This document shows positions 29,478 to 40,624 of a DNA stretch of 64,000 nt, piece after piece. Within the stretch, counting starts at the first letter, position 1; every line of letters begins with the position of its first letter. This DNA is from Opitutaceae bacterium (GTDB lineage: Bacteria; Verrucomicrobiota; Verrucomicrobiia; Opitutales; Coraliomargaritaceae): positions 32,001 through 96,000 of the forward strand of contig JBPOFY010000004.1 in NCBI GenBank assembly GCA_051252375.1, in the 5' to 3' direction. The notes beneath the pieces were generated by a model. It had not been told where the DNA came from and searched no databases. It worked only from the letters and a program-made list of their open reading frames with translations. The position numbers and the translations under genes were made by a program.

Positions 29478-30530
29478 ATGAAACACCTACCTATACTCTC
29501 ACTCCTAGCCTTCATCGGAGGCTCAGCCATCGCACAACAAAGCAACGGGATTACGTTCTCTCAGGTCGTCGCTCGACATGATGCAAATAAGGACGGCGTG
29601 ATCAGCAAAGCTGAGTTCACCGGCAATCCAGTGCTGTTCAATCGCATGGACGGCAATCACGATGGATCTGTCAACGAAGCCGAATTTCTAGCCGCCCAAA
29701 AGAGACTCAATCAATTGCGCGACCAATCCAGCAGGCAGAGTCCAGCACGTGCGCTTCCAGCAGACGTCACAGTGAAACGCGACATCGAATATGCTTCGAT
29801 TGATGGCCAATCTCTAAAGTTGGACCTATACTTGCCCAAAGCCACTGAGGCCACCCCTCCCCTAATCGTCTGGATACACGGAGGCGGCTGGAAAAGTGGC
29901 GACAAGGCCAACATGCCCCCAGCCGTCCTGCGTCTCTCGGGTGAAGGTTACGCGATCGCCAGCATAAACTATCGGCTCAAGGACCTCTCGATCCACCCGA
30001 AGAATATCCACGACTGCAAGGGAGCGGTTCGCTGGTTGCGCGCCCACGCAGAAACATATAGCTACGACCCCGAACGGATTGCAGTGGCTGGCAGCTCCGC
30101 CGGCGGGCACCTCGCCCTACTGCTAGGCTTGAGCTCAAGCGTCAATGCATTGGAAGGCGAAGTCGGCGGCAACACCGACCAAGGTAGCTCAGTCAAAGCG
30201 ATCGTCGATTTCTATGGGCCAAGCGAGCTCGTCGTCATGGCAGCAGACAGTGAGCGCTTCAAACGCGCGCACGAATTTACCGAGGCACAAGTAAAGGACG
30301 CATCACCATTGACTTATCTCACCGACAAAGCGCCACCAGTGCTGATATTTCACGGCGACAAGGATGGGACGGTGCCAGTTGGCCAAAGCCAATTACTCCA
30401 CGATCGTTATCAAGAACGCTCCCTCAATTCGCAGCTGCACATACTCAATGGCGCAGGGCATGGCGGCCCAGCATTCACGAGCGATGCCATCTACGAGCAG
30501 ATTAAAAGCTTTCTAAAGACACACCTATAA
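29478..30530 (+). CDS. Alpha/beta hydrolase (HSL-type esterase) with N-terminal EF-hand-like motifs
   Basis: DANKDGVISKAE and DGNHDGSVNEAE; WIHGGGW; GSSAGG nucleophile elbow; HGDKDGTV; GAGH. Confidence 0.9.
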   Translation: MKHLPILSLLAFIGGSAIAQQSNGITFSQVVARHDANKDGVISKAEFTGNPVLFNRMDGNHDGSVNEAEFLAAQKRLNQLRDQSSRQSPARALPADVTVKRDIEYASIDGQSLKLDLYLPKATEATPPLIVWIHGGGWKSGDKANMPPAVLRLSGEGYAIASINYRLKDLSIHPKNIHDCKGAVRWLRAHAETYSYDPERIAVAGSSAGGHLALLLGLSSSVNALEGEVGGNTDQGSSVKAIVDFYGPSELVVMAADSERFKRAHEFTEAQVKDASPLTYLTDKAPPVLIFHGDKDGTVPVGQSQLLHDRYQERSLNSQLHILNGAGHGGPAFTSDAIYEQIKSFLKTHL

Positions 30531-30602
30531 TACGAGCGCCGACAATTGATACATTCAAACCCGTGCGCGGAAAAGCCGCATAGCTTTAACAACTAAAAGC
30601 AC

Positions 30603-31451
30603 TTACTCCAAGAAGTGCTCCGCAGGGATGACTTCATCAAACTCTTTGATCCGGATATTGCGGTAGAAAATTTCAGCTGTCTCAGATTGAAATCCGAAGA
30701 TACCAGCTGCGGGCTTAAGATTAAACGCCACGTTCACGACTTCGCCATTCAGTTTATGAATCGCATACTGGTCACCCATCACGATGACTTCACATTGGTT
30801 CCATTCATCATTCAGCGCGTTGTAGTTTTCAGTCGGGGCAGCGAGGTGCATCCAGCCCTTCGGCTCCAGCACACCCCCCTCGTCCGGGTGCAGGTAGGTC
30901 TTACCGTCCGGCACTCGATACCAGTCATAGCCTGCGCCGCCGGGTCGAATGAAATCGCCAGTATGATTGCGGTTCTTGGTATGATCGTAACGAATCTGAT
31001 ATTCAATGCCGACCGGCCAGACATCGTCCTTCACCACGTGGTAATAGAGCCCGGCATCATATTGCCATTGGTCGAAATTATTCGCGATGCGCGAGCCCCA
31101 CTTGTATTCGAAGCGAAGGATGTATTTGCTGTAGGACTTCTTGCAGTAAAAGAGACCATGCGTCTCGTTATCACCAGTATTCAGTGTATACTCATCTGGA
31201 AATGAATCGTCGAAGACGTGCACAGCGCCATCCTCAATAGCAAACACCTGTTGCGCCAAGGCATCGTCACCATTTCGGATTTTAAGATACCAACCATCAA
31301 AATCTTCACCATTGAAGATCACCTCAAAACCCTCCTCAACTGAATCCTCAATCGTAGAAGCCTCAGGTTTTACGTAACTACGGCAGCCTACAAATTGCAG
31401 AGCAGCGATACAGACAGACCAAGCGAATATTTTTCTAAGGGTATCATTCAT
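30603..31451 (-). CDS. DUF1080 / 3-keto-disaccharide hydrolase family lipoprotein
   Basis: Lipobox FVGC; IFNGEDFDGW, LRFEYKWG, IEYQI, EWNQCEV and FQSETAEIFYRNIRIK motifs. Confidence 0.88.
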   Translation of the reverse strand: MNDTLRKIFAWSVCIAALQFVGCRSYVKPEASTIEDSVEEGFEVIFNGEDFDGWYLKIRNGDDALAQQVFAIEDGAVHVFDDSFPDEYTLNTGDNETHGLFYCKKSYSKYILRFEYKWGSRIANNFDQWQYDAGLYYHVVKDDVWPVGIEYQIRYDHTKNRNHTGDFIRPGGAGYDWYRVPDGKTYLHPDEGGVLEPKGWMHLAAPTENYNALNDEWNQCEVIVMGDQYAIHKLNGEVVNVAFNLKPAAGIFGFQSETAEIFYRNIRIKEFDEVIPAEHFLE

Positions 31452-31730
31452 AAACTTCAGGGGATCGATTGATTACTGTGAAAGTTGAGACGTATATATC
31501 GCCTCTACTACAAAAAAAGGGAAGCGCCATTTAAGATATAGTATGATGGCAACGGTAGACAAAAAAGGTGTCGCACCCACATATCTCGCCACGCCGTTCG
31601 TTTAGTTTAATTGGCGACCTTTCAGGCAATACCCGAAGCAATCTTTCGATCGGCCTCCTCATTTTTCACATATCGAAAACAAGAAAGACCTTTGATTTAT
31701 TCATTTCACGTTATAGATTGATACTAGTAA

Positions 31731-34700
31731 ATGCTCCGATACCTCTGCCTAGTTTTAATCACGATTAGCCCCTTCGTCTGTAAGCATGCGGCGGCAGACA
31801 TCGCGTTGGAACATTTGACGACAGAATCGGGCATCGAATTTGTTAATGGCCTATTTCGCGACAGCCAAGGTTACCTCTGGGCAACCACCAATACGCAGGG
31901 CCTAGCGCGATTCGACGGCAGATCCACCAAATGGTATCGACACGACCAAGACGACCCCACCAGCCTCTCCAACAACCGAGCTCAAGGCGTTTCTGAAGAC
32001 GCCGATGGCAACATCTGGGTCGGCACTGCTTTAGGCCTGCACCGACTCAATAAACAGCAAAACGGTTTCATTTATTACCACTCCGTCGAATCCAACCCAC
32101 GCTCGCTTGCCGACAGTGCCGTCGTTCACACCATCACAGATAAGCACGGTCACTTCTGGGTCCTCACCCGAACAGGTCTACATCGCTATGTTCCTGAAAC
32201 GGATGATTTCACCCGTTTCGACAAACCGGAGGAATTTACTACAGGTGTTCATTTTCTAGATCTAGTTCAAACAGAAGACGGCATGTTTTGGATGACCTCC
32301 TCTTTATCCGGCGTTCATTCATTTGATCCAGAATCCAACAAATTTGAATTTCATCACAACCCTAACATCCCCCCAGGGAAGCGCTGGCGTCGACAGATTG
32401 AAGTCGATCCGGATCAGAGCCGCCTCTGGTTGGCGCTCAGTGAAGCCGGACTATATTCCTTCAATATTGAAAGCAGCACATTCACACACTACCCCGTAGA
32501 CCCGGATCGCCCGGCAGAGGCGCCACCTAGTCAACAAGCATACGATGTTTTACACTTAGATCCGGACAATCTGGCAATCGCTTACGATCAGTCTGGACTG
32601 TGTATTTTTAATAAAAAAACCAAGCGTTTCACCTATTTGGGTAAAAAAGCCCAAAAACCGACGCAATTAATCAGTGACGGCATCTACACGCTTCACAAAG
32701 ACTACGAAGGCATCCTATGGGTGGGCACCACACGCGCGGGCATTTACTACAGTAATCCGAACCGCTATAAATTCGAAACCTATACGCCCAACCTGCCAGA
32801 CATTGACTCGAGGCTATCAGGGCACCTAGCAAGCAGCATCTATGAAGATTCCGAAGGAGGCATTTGGATCGGCACGGACGGCAGTGGCATTAACTATCTC
32901 GATCGCAACACGGGCAAGATCACCATTTATAACACAGATAACTCCTCGTTAAGCTCTGGCACGATTCGCAACATTATCGAGGATAACCATGGCACCATCT
33001 GGGTGGCAACATGGGACGCCGGTCTGAATCGCTTCGACAAAGCCACGAAACAATTACAACCGGTTGGGTTGCCTGAAATTGTGACCAGCCAATTGGGACA
33101 TCACGGCATCTGGCGTTTAGCAATCGACCAAAAGAATCGCTTCTGGATCACCAGCGGTCCCAACTTGTTCGTCCTCGACGAGCACTTAACCCTGATCAAG
33201 CAGCACACCTTCAAAGGCGTTGATTTCGTAGCTCAGCCACGCCTCTTCACAGACGAAGACTTCATTCTGAACATAAACACCCATGGTGCAAATATCATCG
33301 ACGTCGATACGCTCGAATTAAACCCGCTGATTGAAAACGAGAAAATCATTGATATGGCACGCGACGCAGATGGTCGTTACTACTTCGCCACTGCGCACAC
33401 AGGCATACTAATCTACGAGCCCGACCTTACTTATCTGAAAACCATTTACAATGCAGATACGTTTTCAAAAACAATCCTTCGCAGTCTCCAAGTAGGAAAT
33501 GACAATGCGATTTGGGCCAGCAGCGAGAATGGCATGTATCGCATTCCATTAGACAGCGAAAAGATCAGCCACTTCAGCAAAGCGGACGGACTACAAGGGA
33601 ATGCTTACTTCCCTCAAAGCTCAGCCAGACTACGCGACGGGACGATCGTCTTTGGAGGCACCGACGGCGTCAGTTTCTGGAAACCTGAAACTCCAGTTAC
33701 GGTGGCTAATACAGCGACAGTTCAAATTGATGAGTTTCGTATTTGGAATGTTTCTACCGGCTTCGAGGGACTAAGATTATCAGGCAGTAACGATCAAAAA
33801 AACCAGCAGTCCGTAACAATGGATTGGGATAAAAAGATGTTTGGCATTGGCTTCACTACGGTTGACTTCACCTACCCGGAAAAAACTACCTATGCTTATA
33901 AGTTAAATGGTTTCGATCAGGACTGGGTCTATACCGACAGTAGCAATCGTTTAGCGACCTACACAAACTTGGACCCGGGCGAGTATGAGTTCGTTGTCCG
34001 AGCAGCGAACTCTCAAGGAGTCTGGACAGATAATGACGCAACTTTAAAAGTCTTCATCGCGGCTCCATTCTGGATGAAGAGCTGGTTCCACCTATTGTCA
34101 GCAGTCATCGCATTTGTTATTATTTATGCCTACATTAGATATCGCTCTCGGAAACAAGTAGCAGAATCAAAGCGCCTAAAAACACAGATTGAAGAACGCT
34201 CGAAGCTCGTGCAAGAGATGGCAGTCGCGAAGAACCGAGCCGAGGAATCGGATCGTTTAAAGTCTTTATTCCTAGCAAATATGTCGCATGAAATTCGCAC
34301 GCCGATGAATGCGATTCTCGGCTTTTCACAATTGCTGTCAGACTCAACTTACAGCGACGAAGAGAAGGCGTCCTTCGTGGAGCATATTGGCCAAGGCTCT
34401 GAATCACTACTACACATCATCGAAGACATCCTCGACTATTCCATGATCGAGGCGAACCAACTAAAGGTTCAGAATAAACCCTTCCGATTGGATGACTTAC
34501 TGGATCAGCTATACGCTAGATTTATAATGCAGCCCAAGAGGGACGAAGTGGAGTTCCGGACGCACGGGTTAAATGAGGCGCAAGGTGTCATCATTGATTC
34601 CGACCCCTATCGACTGACTCAAATCATCTCCAACCTACTAAGCAATGCGCTTAAATTCACGCAAGCCGGCTATGTTGAATTTGGACTACGTAAGAGCCCA

Positions 34701-35363
34701 AATGATTATACGATCTACGTAAAAGATACAGCTGGCGGCATGGATCAGACTGAGAAAAAAGCCATCTACTCTGAATTTGTCCGCCTTGAACGCCACGAGA
34801 AGGATGCCATACGCGGAGTCGGCCTAGGACTCGCGATCAGTCATCGACTTGCCTGCCTATTAGATTTCAAGCTATCGCTCGAGAGTGAACTCGGATCCGG
34901 ATCAGAATTTTACGTTCAGATCCCCATTAACAAAGTGGCTCTACCAGAGAATAAGTTAAGCTCGAACAAGCAACACACTCCCTCGAAAGACTATAACTGG
35001 GAGGCTCAACGCATACTCATAGCCGAAGACGACAACACCAACGTAGCCTTCCTAAAAAAAGCACTCGAGCCCAGCAAAATTAATGTCGACTGGGCTAAGA
35101 ATGGCGAAGACGCAGTCAACTACGTCAAAGAACACGGGGATGCATACGACTTAATACTCATGGATATCAGCATGCCAATAATGGGAGGTTACGAAGCACT
35201 CGAGTTAATAAGAAAGCTCCGACCAAACTTAAAGGTCGTTGCACAAACCGCCCATTCGATGCAGCAAGACCGCGAGCGGTTGGAACAAGCTGGATTCGAA
35301 GACCAGCTCTACAAACCGATCAAGAAGACGGATCTTTTATCCACCATCGCGAAGTTCTTGTAG
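31731..35363 (+). CDS. Hybrid sensor kinase: periplasmic beta-propeller repeats, Y_Y_Y, TM, HisKA, HATPase and receiver
   Basis: DSQGYLW/DADGNIWVGT repeats, YAYKLNGFD..W...ATYTNLDPGEY, FLANMSHEIRTPMN, NLLSNALKFT, GVGLGLAI and ILIAEDD...ILMDISMP. Confidence 0.93.
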   Translation: MLRYLCLVLITISPFVCKHAAADIALEHLTTESGIEFVNGLFRDSQGYLWATTNTQGLARFDGRSTKWYRHDQDDPTSLSNNRAQGVSEDADGNIWVGTALGLHRLNKQQNGFIYYHSVESNPRSLADSAVVHTITDKHGHFWVLTRTGLHRYVPETDDFTRFDKPEEFTTGVHFLDLVQTEDGMFWMTSSLSGVHSFDPESNKFEFHHNPNIPPGKRWRRQIEVDPDQSRLWLALSEAGLYSFNIESSTFTHYPVDPDRPAEAPPSQQAYDVLHLDPDNLAIAYDQSGLCIFNKKTKRFTYLGKKAQKPTQLISDGIYTLHKDYEGILWVGTTRAGIYYSNPNRYKFETYTPNLPDIDSRLSGHLASSIYEDSEGGIWIGTDGSGINYLDRNTGKITIYNTDNSSLSSGTIRNIIEDNHGTIWVATWDAGLNRFDKATKQLQPVGLPEIVTSQLGHHGIWRLAIDQKNRFWITSGPNLFVLDEHLTLIKQHTFKGVDFVAQPRLFTDEDFILNINTHGANIIDVDTLELNPLIENEKIIDMARDADGRYYFATAHTGILIYEPDLTYLKTIYNADTFSKTILRSLQVGNDNAIWASSENGMYRIPLDSEKISHFSKADGLQGNAYFPQSSARLRDGTIVFGGTDGVSFWKPETPVTVANTATVQIDEFRIWNVSTGFEGLRLSGSNDQKNQQSVTMDWDKKMFGIGFTTVDFTYPEKTTYAYKLNGFDQDWVYTDSSNRLATYTNLDPGEYEFVVRAANSQGVWTDNDATLKVFIAAPFWMKSWFHLLSAVIAFVIIYAYIRYRSRKQVAESKRLKTQIEERSKLVQEMAVAKNRAEESDRLKSLFLANMSHEIRTPMNAILGFSQLLSDSTYSDEEKASFVEHIGQGSESLLHIIEDILDYSMIEANQLKVQNKPFRLDDLLDQLYARFIMQPKRDEVEFRTHGLNEAQGVIIDSDPYRLTQIISNLLSNALKFTQAGYVEFGLRKSPNDYTIYVKDTAGGMDQTEKKAIYSEFVRLERHEKDAIRGVGLGLAISHRLACLLDFKLSLESELGSGSEFYVQIPINKVALPENKLSSNKQHTPSKDYNWEAQRILIAEDDNTNVAFLKKALEPSKINVDWAKNGEDAVNYVKEHGDAYDLILMDISMPIMGGYEALELIRKLRPNLKVVAQTAHSMQQDRERLEQAGFEDQLYKPIKKTDLLSTIAKFL

Positions 35364-35542
35364 TCGTATAATTCCATAAAAGGAGTCAGACATAAGAAGT
35401 CAGTAGCCAGAAGCTTTGGTGATGATTCATTTACAAAAATGCAAGGGCGTGCCAATCGGCCCCTTCGATTAAGAACTAGACTGCATCAGCGATTGTGTCA
35501 TTTTCGCAAAATTCCAACACAGACACTTCTACTCCCTTCACG

Positions 35543-36268
35543 ATGAGCCGCCCTCCCCGGATTGACCAAACCTTAAGTCGCCTAGGCTACACTAGCCGCA
35601 GAGAGGCACCTCAATGGGCAAAAAAGGGGCGCATCACCACCCGCGATGGCGCGATCTTAAAGAAATGCGACGTGCGACACGACATCGCGGACCTCTTAGT
35701 AGACGGTGAGCCCTTAGAGGCACCAAATGGCTTATACATTCTCCTGAATAAACCAGCAGGCTTGGTCTGCTCGCATGAAGAACGTGAAGGTCCCTCTATC
35801 TACGACATTCTTCCAGCACGTTGGCTGCGGCGCAATCCCCTGCCCGCGTCAATTGGTCGACTGGATAAAGATACCACTGGTCTCATTTTAATCACGGACG
35901 ATGGCACACTGAATCACCGCCTCTCATCGCCGAAACACCACGTGCCCAAAGTCTATGAATTAACAGTCGACGCCGATATCCCACAGTCCGCGATTGAGTT
36001 GTTTGCCGCCGGCACATTGATGCTCGAAAAGGAAGATAAGCCATGCCTGCCCGCCGAGCTAACACTGACTGGCACTCAAACCGCACGCCTCGTGCTACAC
36101 GAAGGCCGTTACCATCAAGTGAAGCGGATGATGGAGGCCGTGGGTTGCACCGTCACTCAGTTGCACCGCTGCCAATTCGGAGAGCTTACACTTGGCGATC
36201 TAGAAGAAGGACAATGGCGCTCATTGAACGAAGAAGATCTAAAATCCTTCGGAACTACAGATAAGTAA
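35543..36268 (+). CDS. rsuA: RsuA-family rRNA pseudouridine synthase
   Basis: N-terminal S4-like region, LLNKPAG, GRLDKDTTGL (catalytic Asp) and EGRYHQVKRM. Confidence 0.8.
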   Translation: MSRPPRIDQTLSRLGYTSRREAPQWAKKGRITTRDGAILKKCDVRHDIADLLVDGEPLEAPNGLYILLNKPAGLVCSHEEREGPSIYDILPARWLRRNPLPASIGRLDKDTTGLILITDDGTLNHRLSSPKHHVPKVYELTVDADIPQSAIELFAAGTLMLEKEDKPCLPAELTLTGTQTARLVLHEGRYHQVKRMMEAVGCTVTQLHRCQFGELTLGDLEEGQWRSLNEEDLKSFGTTDK

Positions 36269-36365
36269 CCACTGTCGATTAATTTGCCCAACCTTCTAGT
36301 TTGCATCCACCACACAATAGGCTTGAACCAAACCTAGTATTTCCCGCGTATAGACCACTGTTATT

Positions 36366-38027
36366 ATGTTGAACTCCAAGATCCTCTCCTCTCGCCTCGC
36401 ACTATTTGCTATATTGCTGTGCAGTCCCTTACTGTCTGCGTTGGCTAGTCGAGCGCCTCAGCATTTGATCTTCTCCTACATGGGCGATCCGTCGACCACC
36501 TTGACGGCAAATTGGCAATCACTACTCGAGGCAACAGACGGCAACACAGAATCGCTACAGGCGGGCACTGCGGTCGTGTATTATGATTTAGAATCACGTG
36601 GGGGCATTGCAGGGAATTATGCGCACAAGGTAACAGGGGAAGCCTTCCAGATCGACGGACTCAAAGATCGATTTATCTACCGCGCGCAGCTCACCAACCT
36701 CACACCCAACACGACTTACTATATTGCGGTGGGTAACGAACTAACGGGAATCTCATCTGAAGTCATGGTGCGCACGATCCCTGAGGATGAAACACCCATC
36801 CGCTTTGTGACCGGTGGCGATATGGGAGTGAGTGAAGACATGCGCTTACTATTAGAAAATGCTGCCACTCATAATCCACGCTTCGCCGTAATTGGCGGAG
36901 ATGTCGCTTATGCAAATGGTAGGCTCAAGAGCATAAAGAGTTGGGATGCTTGGTTGAAGTTTTACACAAATGAGATGGTCACCCCGCGCGGGTTTTCCAT
37001 ACCGATGGTGTTAGCGATCGGCAATCATGAGGTGGATGGAGCTTTTGGAAGGTCTAAAAAGGACGCACCCTTTTACTTCAGTTTCTTCGGGCAAGACCCC
37101 GACCTCACTTATTTCACACGTCAATTCGGCAAAAACTTTGTGCTATTTTCCTTGGATAGTGGGCATGTCGCGACACATGAATCTCAGGCGCCATGGTTGG
37201 AGCAGCAGCTAGAAGCTTATGCCAACATCAAGCACACCGCCGCAGTGTATCACGTGCCGCTCTACCCCACTCATCGAGGATTTGCAGAGCAATACTCAGA
37301 AGAAGGCCGAACCTTTTGGGGCCCACTGTTTGATAAATATGCCCTCGATGTGGCCTTTGAAAACCATGACCACACTTTTAAGCGCACACATCTACTAAAG
37401 GGAGGCGCCATCACAAAGGACGGAAGTGGCACACTCTACTTAGGCGATGGTTGCTGGGGGCGCTCTGCTCGTGAGATCGATTATATGAAACGCTGGTATA
37501 TTGATGCGATTGGCAGTATACAGCACTTTTGGGTGGTGGATGTTAATGCAACAGAGATGGTCTACAAGGCCGTGGATATCGACAACCAGGTCTTTGACAT
37601 CTATCCCTTGAATAAGCCTGAAGCCGTTGCCGCGGAGGCCGTTTTTTCCGAAAAGAAGCATGGATATTTGTTCCCTAGTAACGCCTTACAAGTCGAAGGC
37701 TTTACAAATGTTGCACCACAATGGGAGGGAGGACAAACCACCCTTCAAGTTAAGAATCCGTTTGATTTCACTATCACTTGTGAGCTGCGTGCGAGCATCC
37801 CCAAGAACTCCTTAACAGTAGAAGGTCTGCCAGCGAAACCCATCGTCTTAAAAGCGGGTGAGGAGCAAAGCTTCGACATCACATTCGTCCCGAGCAAAGG
37901 CTCCACAGTGGACACTAAAAAACTCAAGCTAGGGATCGCAGTAAAACTAAAATTCAACGATGCAAATACGAGTGAATCGATCGAGTTGAAGAAAACCGTC
38001 TCCGTTCCACTGCGCGTTAAAAAGTAG
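36366..38027 (+). CDS. Secreted purple-acid-phosphatase-like metallophosphoesterase with FN3 domain
   Basis: LTNLTPNTTYY, GGDMG, GGDVAY, IGNHE, YHVPLY and ENHDHTFKR motifs. Confidence 0.9.
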   Translation: MLNSKILSSRLALFAILLCSPLLSALASRAPQHLIFSYMGDPSTTLTANWQSLLEATDGNTESLQAGTAVVYYDLESRGGIAGNYAHKVTGEAFQIDGLKDRFIYRAQLTNLTPNTTYYIAVGNELTGISSEVMVRTIPEDETPIRFVTGGDMGVSEDMRLLLENAATHNPRFAVIGGDVAYANGRLKSIKSWDAWLKFYTNEMVTPRGFSIPMVLAIGNHEVDGAFGRSKKDAPFYFSFFGQDPDLTYFTRQFGKNFVLFSLDSGHVATHESQAPWLEQQLEAYANIKHTAAVYHVPLYPTHRGFAEQYSEEGRTFWGPLFDKYALDVAFENHDHTFKRTHLLKGGAITKDGSGTLYLGDGCWGRSAREIDYMKRWYIDAIGSIQHFWVVDVNATEMVYKAVDIDNQVFDIYPLNKPEAVAAEAVFSEKKHGYLFPSNALQVEGFTNVAPQWEGGQTTLQVKNPFDFTITCELRASIPKNSLTVEGLPAKPIVLKAGEEQSFDITFVPSKGSTVDTKKLKLGIAVKLKFNDANTSESIELKKTVSVPLRVKK

Positions 38028-38190
38028 GCAATAAAGGGCAACTCCTGCTGTAGCTCCTCATGGGGAGTCACAGTGAGCAACTCAGCCCACCAGAGGCACA
38101 CAACAAGCCATCAGCCTCAATAAATGGTCCACGATTTCTCGTTGAATAAGGTTAGTGGTTCATGTAAATTTGCGGGTCTACCACTACCCC

Positions 38191-40605
38191 ATGTCTTCTA
38201 TCACTGATCAAATCCGCCGCCTCTTTAAAAAGATTGGCTTAGGTCAATCTGCAAAAACAAATGCCTCACTAGAGGCACAACGCAGACGCTATCAAAATAT
38301 CATAGACGGCACGAATGCTGGAACTTGGGATTGGAACATCGTTACAGGAGAAGTAATCATCAATGAACGTTGGGCTGGAATTATCGGGTTCACTCGAGAA
38401 GAGATCAACCCGATCAGCTTTAAGACTTGGGAACAAAGGGTCCACCCAGAGGATCTTCAGTTCACCCGCGACTCTCTGGACAAACATTTCTCCGGAAAAC
38501 TCGAATATTACGATGTGCAGTTTCGGCAATTACACAAAGACGGTAACTGGCGCTGGGTGCATGCTCGGGGCAAAGTCGTTGAGCGATCTGATGAGGGCCA
38601 GCCACTGCAAATGAGCGGCACGCATATCGACGTCACCCAGCGTAAAGAGGCTAAAATCAGCTTGGCAAAATCCCAGCGAATGTTGCGCAACATTCTAGAC
38701 AACATTCCGGTTCGCGTCATCTGGAAAGACCATAACAGTAAATTCCTTGGCGGCAATTTACTCATGGCAAAAGATTTGGGCTTGAACGAGACGAATGATC
38801 TCATCGGTAAAGACGATTACGATTTTTCAACCGAAGAGATCGCCAGGGAATTCCAAATAGACGACAAGGAAATCATGAAGACGAAAGTCCCTCGTCTCAA
38901 CTACGAGGAGAGTCAGACTTTCGAAGACGGTCATATTCAGCGATTGCGTAAATCCAAACTACCATTACAGGACGATAATGGCGAGGTCATCGGTGTGCTC
39001 ACCACCTACGAAGATATCACTGCAAGTAGCGAGACCGCGATGCGTTTGGCGGAATCGCAACTGATGCTTCGTAATATCCTCGACCACGTGCCCATTCGTG
39101 TTTTCTGGAAAGACCGCAACTGCAAGTTCCTTGGCGCGAATCAACTCGTCGCGGATGACCTAGGACTGAATGATGTGAATGATTTAATCGGAATGGATGA
39201 TTTCGACTTTTCGACGAAAGAAGCTGCCCAGGCTTTCCAAGCAGACGACAGAGAAATCATGGACTCCAATGTCCCTCGACTGAACTACGTAGAGAGTCAG
39301 GTATTGAAGGACGGAAGCCAGCAATGGCTGCGCACTTCTAAGCTACCGCTAAAGGACCATAGAGGCGAAGTGATCGGCGTGCTCGGCACCTACGAAGACA
39401 TTACCGACATAAGGAATGTGCAAGAAGAGCTCATCCAAGCAAAAGAAGAAGCGGAAGCAGCCAATGCCGCAAAGGACGACTTCCTCGCAGTGATGAGCCA
39501 TGAAATGCGAACACCGCTGAATCCCATCATCGGCTATGCGGACATACTGCTGCAATCCTGTAAAACTGAACCGGAGACGACGTATATCGAAACGATTCAA
39601 AGTGCTGCGAATAGACAGCTGCGCCTCATCGACGACATACTCGACTTCATGCGTATGTATCGAGGCAAAGTCACACCGAGCACGGAGCCATTCAACATCG
39701 TCGACCTATGTGAACTGGTGCTCTTTGACGCCAAAGTAAGCGCTCATGATTTGGAGCTACGATTTGAAAATGGCACACACGGAAACCCCGTCCCACCAGA
39801 ACTGACAATCGACTCAGACTTAATGATGCTACGGCGAGTGCTGGAAAACTTACTGGGGAACGCCTGCAAATATACGCGTAAAGGATCCATCACACTGAGC
39901 ATCTCGAGCGACATCGAAGACCCCGATCTCTACTTAATTAAGGTCGAAGACACCGGTATCGGGATTGACGCAAAAACAACTGAGCATCTATTTGATCCAT
40001 TTAGCCAAGCCGACAGTTCCTACACTCGAAACTATGAAGGCGCGGGCTTGGGCCTCGCAATCTGCAAGAAGCTAACCGAAATCCTCGGTGGAGAAATCAG
40101 TGCCGAAAGCACGCCTGGTAAAGGCTCCTGCTTTACTTTGGCAATTCCTTTTCAGCTAGAACAACCTACGGAACGAAATCAACCCAAAGGCACGGAGCAC
40201 TCCCTGCCAATCTTTTCACAAGTCTTCGACACGCTCATCGTCGAAGACAAAATAGAGAATGCACAAATTGCTCAGACGATGATTGAGCTACTAGGTGGTC
40301 GTTGTAAACACGCCAAAAATGGTCAAATTGCATTGACCCTTTGTAAAAAGAAAAAATTTGATGTGATCCTAATGGATCTCTCCATGCCGACAATGAATGG
40401 CTTAGACGCGACCATTGCATTGCGCAGCACATCCAATCCAAATCAAAACACACCCATCATCGCAGTCACTGCGGATGTTTCACAAAAAGCAATTCACGAC
40501 TGCACAAAAGCAGGCATGAATGGTTACGTCAGCAAACCGATCAATTCGACGCTTCTCTACAAAGCAATTGAAGACGGCATCGCGGCTCAAAATACCTCGA
40601 AGTAA
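38191..40605 (+). CDS. Cytoplasmic hybrid histidine kinase with three PAS domains and a receiver
   Basis: One PAS_3 (GTWDWN...VHPED) and two similar PAS_4 domains (LRNILDxxPxRVxWKD...LIGxDDxDF). Also FLAVMSHEMRTPLN, GAGLGLAI and ILMDLSMP. Confidence 0.93.
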   Translation: MSSITDQIRRLFKKIGLGQSAKTNASLEAQRRRYQNIIDGTNAGTWDWNIVTGEVIINERWAGIIGFTREEINPISFKTWEQRVHPEDLQFTRDSLDKHFSGKLEYYDVQFRQLHKDGNWRWVHARGKVVERSDEGQPLQMSGTHIDVTQRKEAKISLAKSQRMLRNILDNIPVRVIWKDHNSKFLGGNLLMAKDLGLNETNDLIGKDDYDFSTEEIAREFQIDDKEIMKTKVPRLNYEESQTFEDGHIQRLRKSKLPLQDDNGEVIGVLTTYEDITASSETAMRLAESQLMLRNILDHVPIRVFWKDRNCKFLGANQLVADDLGLNDVNDLIGMDDFDFSTKEAAQAFQADDREIMDSNVPRLNYVESQVLKDGSQQWLRTSKLPLKDHRGEVIGVLGTYEDITDIRNVQEELIQAKEEAEAANAAKDDFLAVMSHEMRTPLNPIIGYADILLQSCKTEPETTYIETIQSAANRQLRLIDDILDFMRMYRGKVTPSTEPFNIVDLCELVLFDAKVSAHDLELRFENGTHGNPVPPELTIDSDLMMLRRVLENLLGNACKYTRKGSITLSISSDIEDPDLYLIKVEDTGIGIDAKTTEHLFDPFSQADSSYTRNYEGAGLGLAICKKLTEILGGEISAESTPGKGSCFTLAIPFQLEQPTERNQPKGTEHSLPIFSQVFDTLIVEDKIENAQIAQTMIELLGGRCKHAKNGQIALTLCKKKKFDVILMDLSMPTMNGLDATIALRSTSNPNQNTPIIAVTADVSQKAIHDCTKAGMNGYVSKPINSTLLYKAIEDGIAAQNTSK

Positions 40606-40624
40606 CAAGCACTAGCAATTAGAG

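Noticed and set aside
38680..39410. Tandem PAS_4 duplication as a novel feature
   Set aside because: It is real, but commonplace in sensor kinases.
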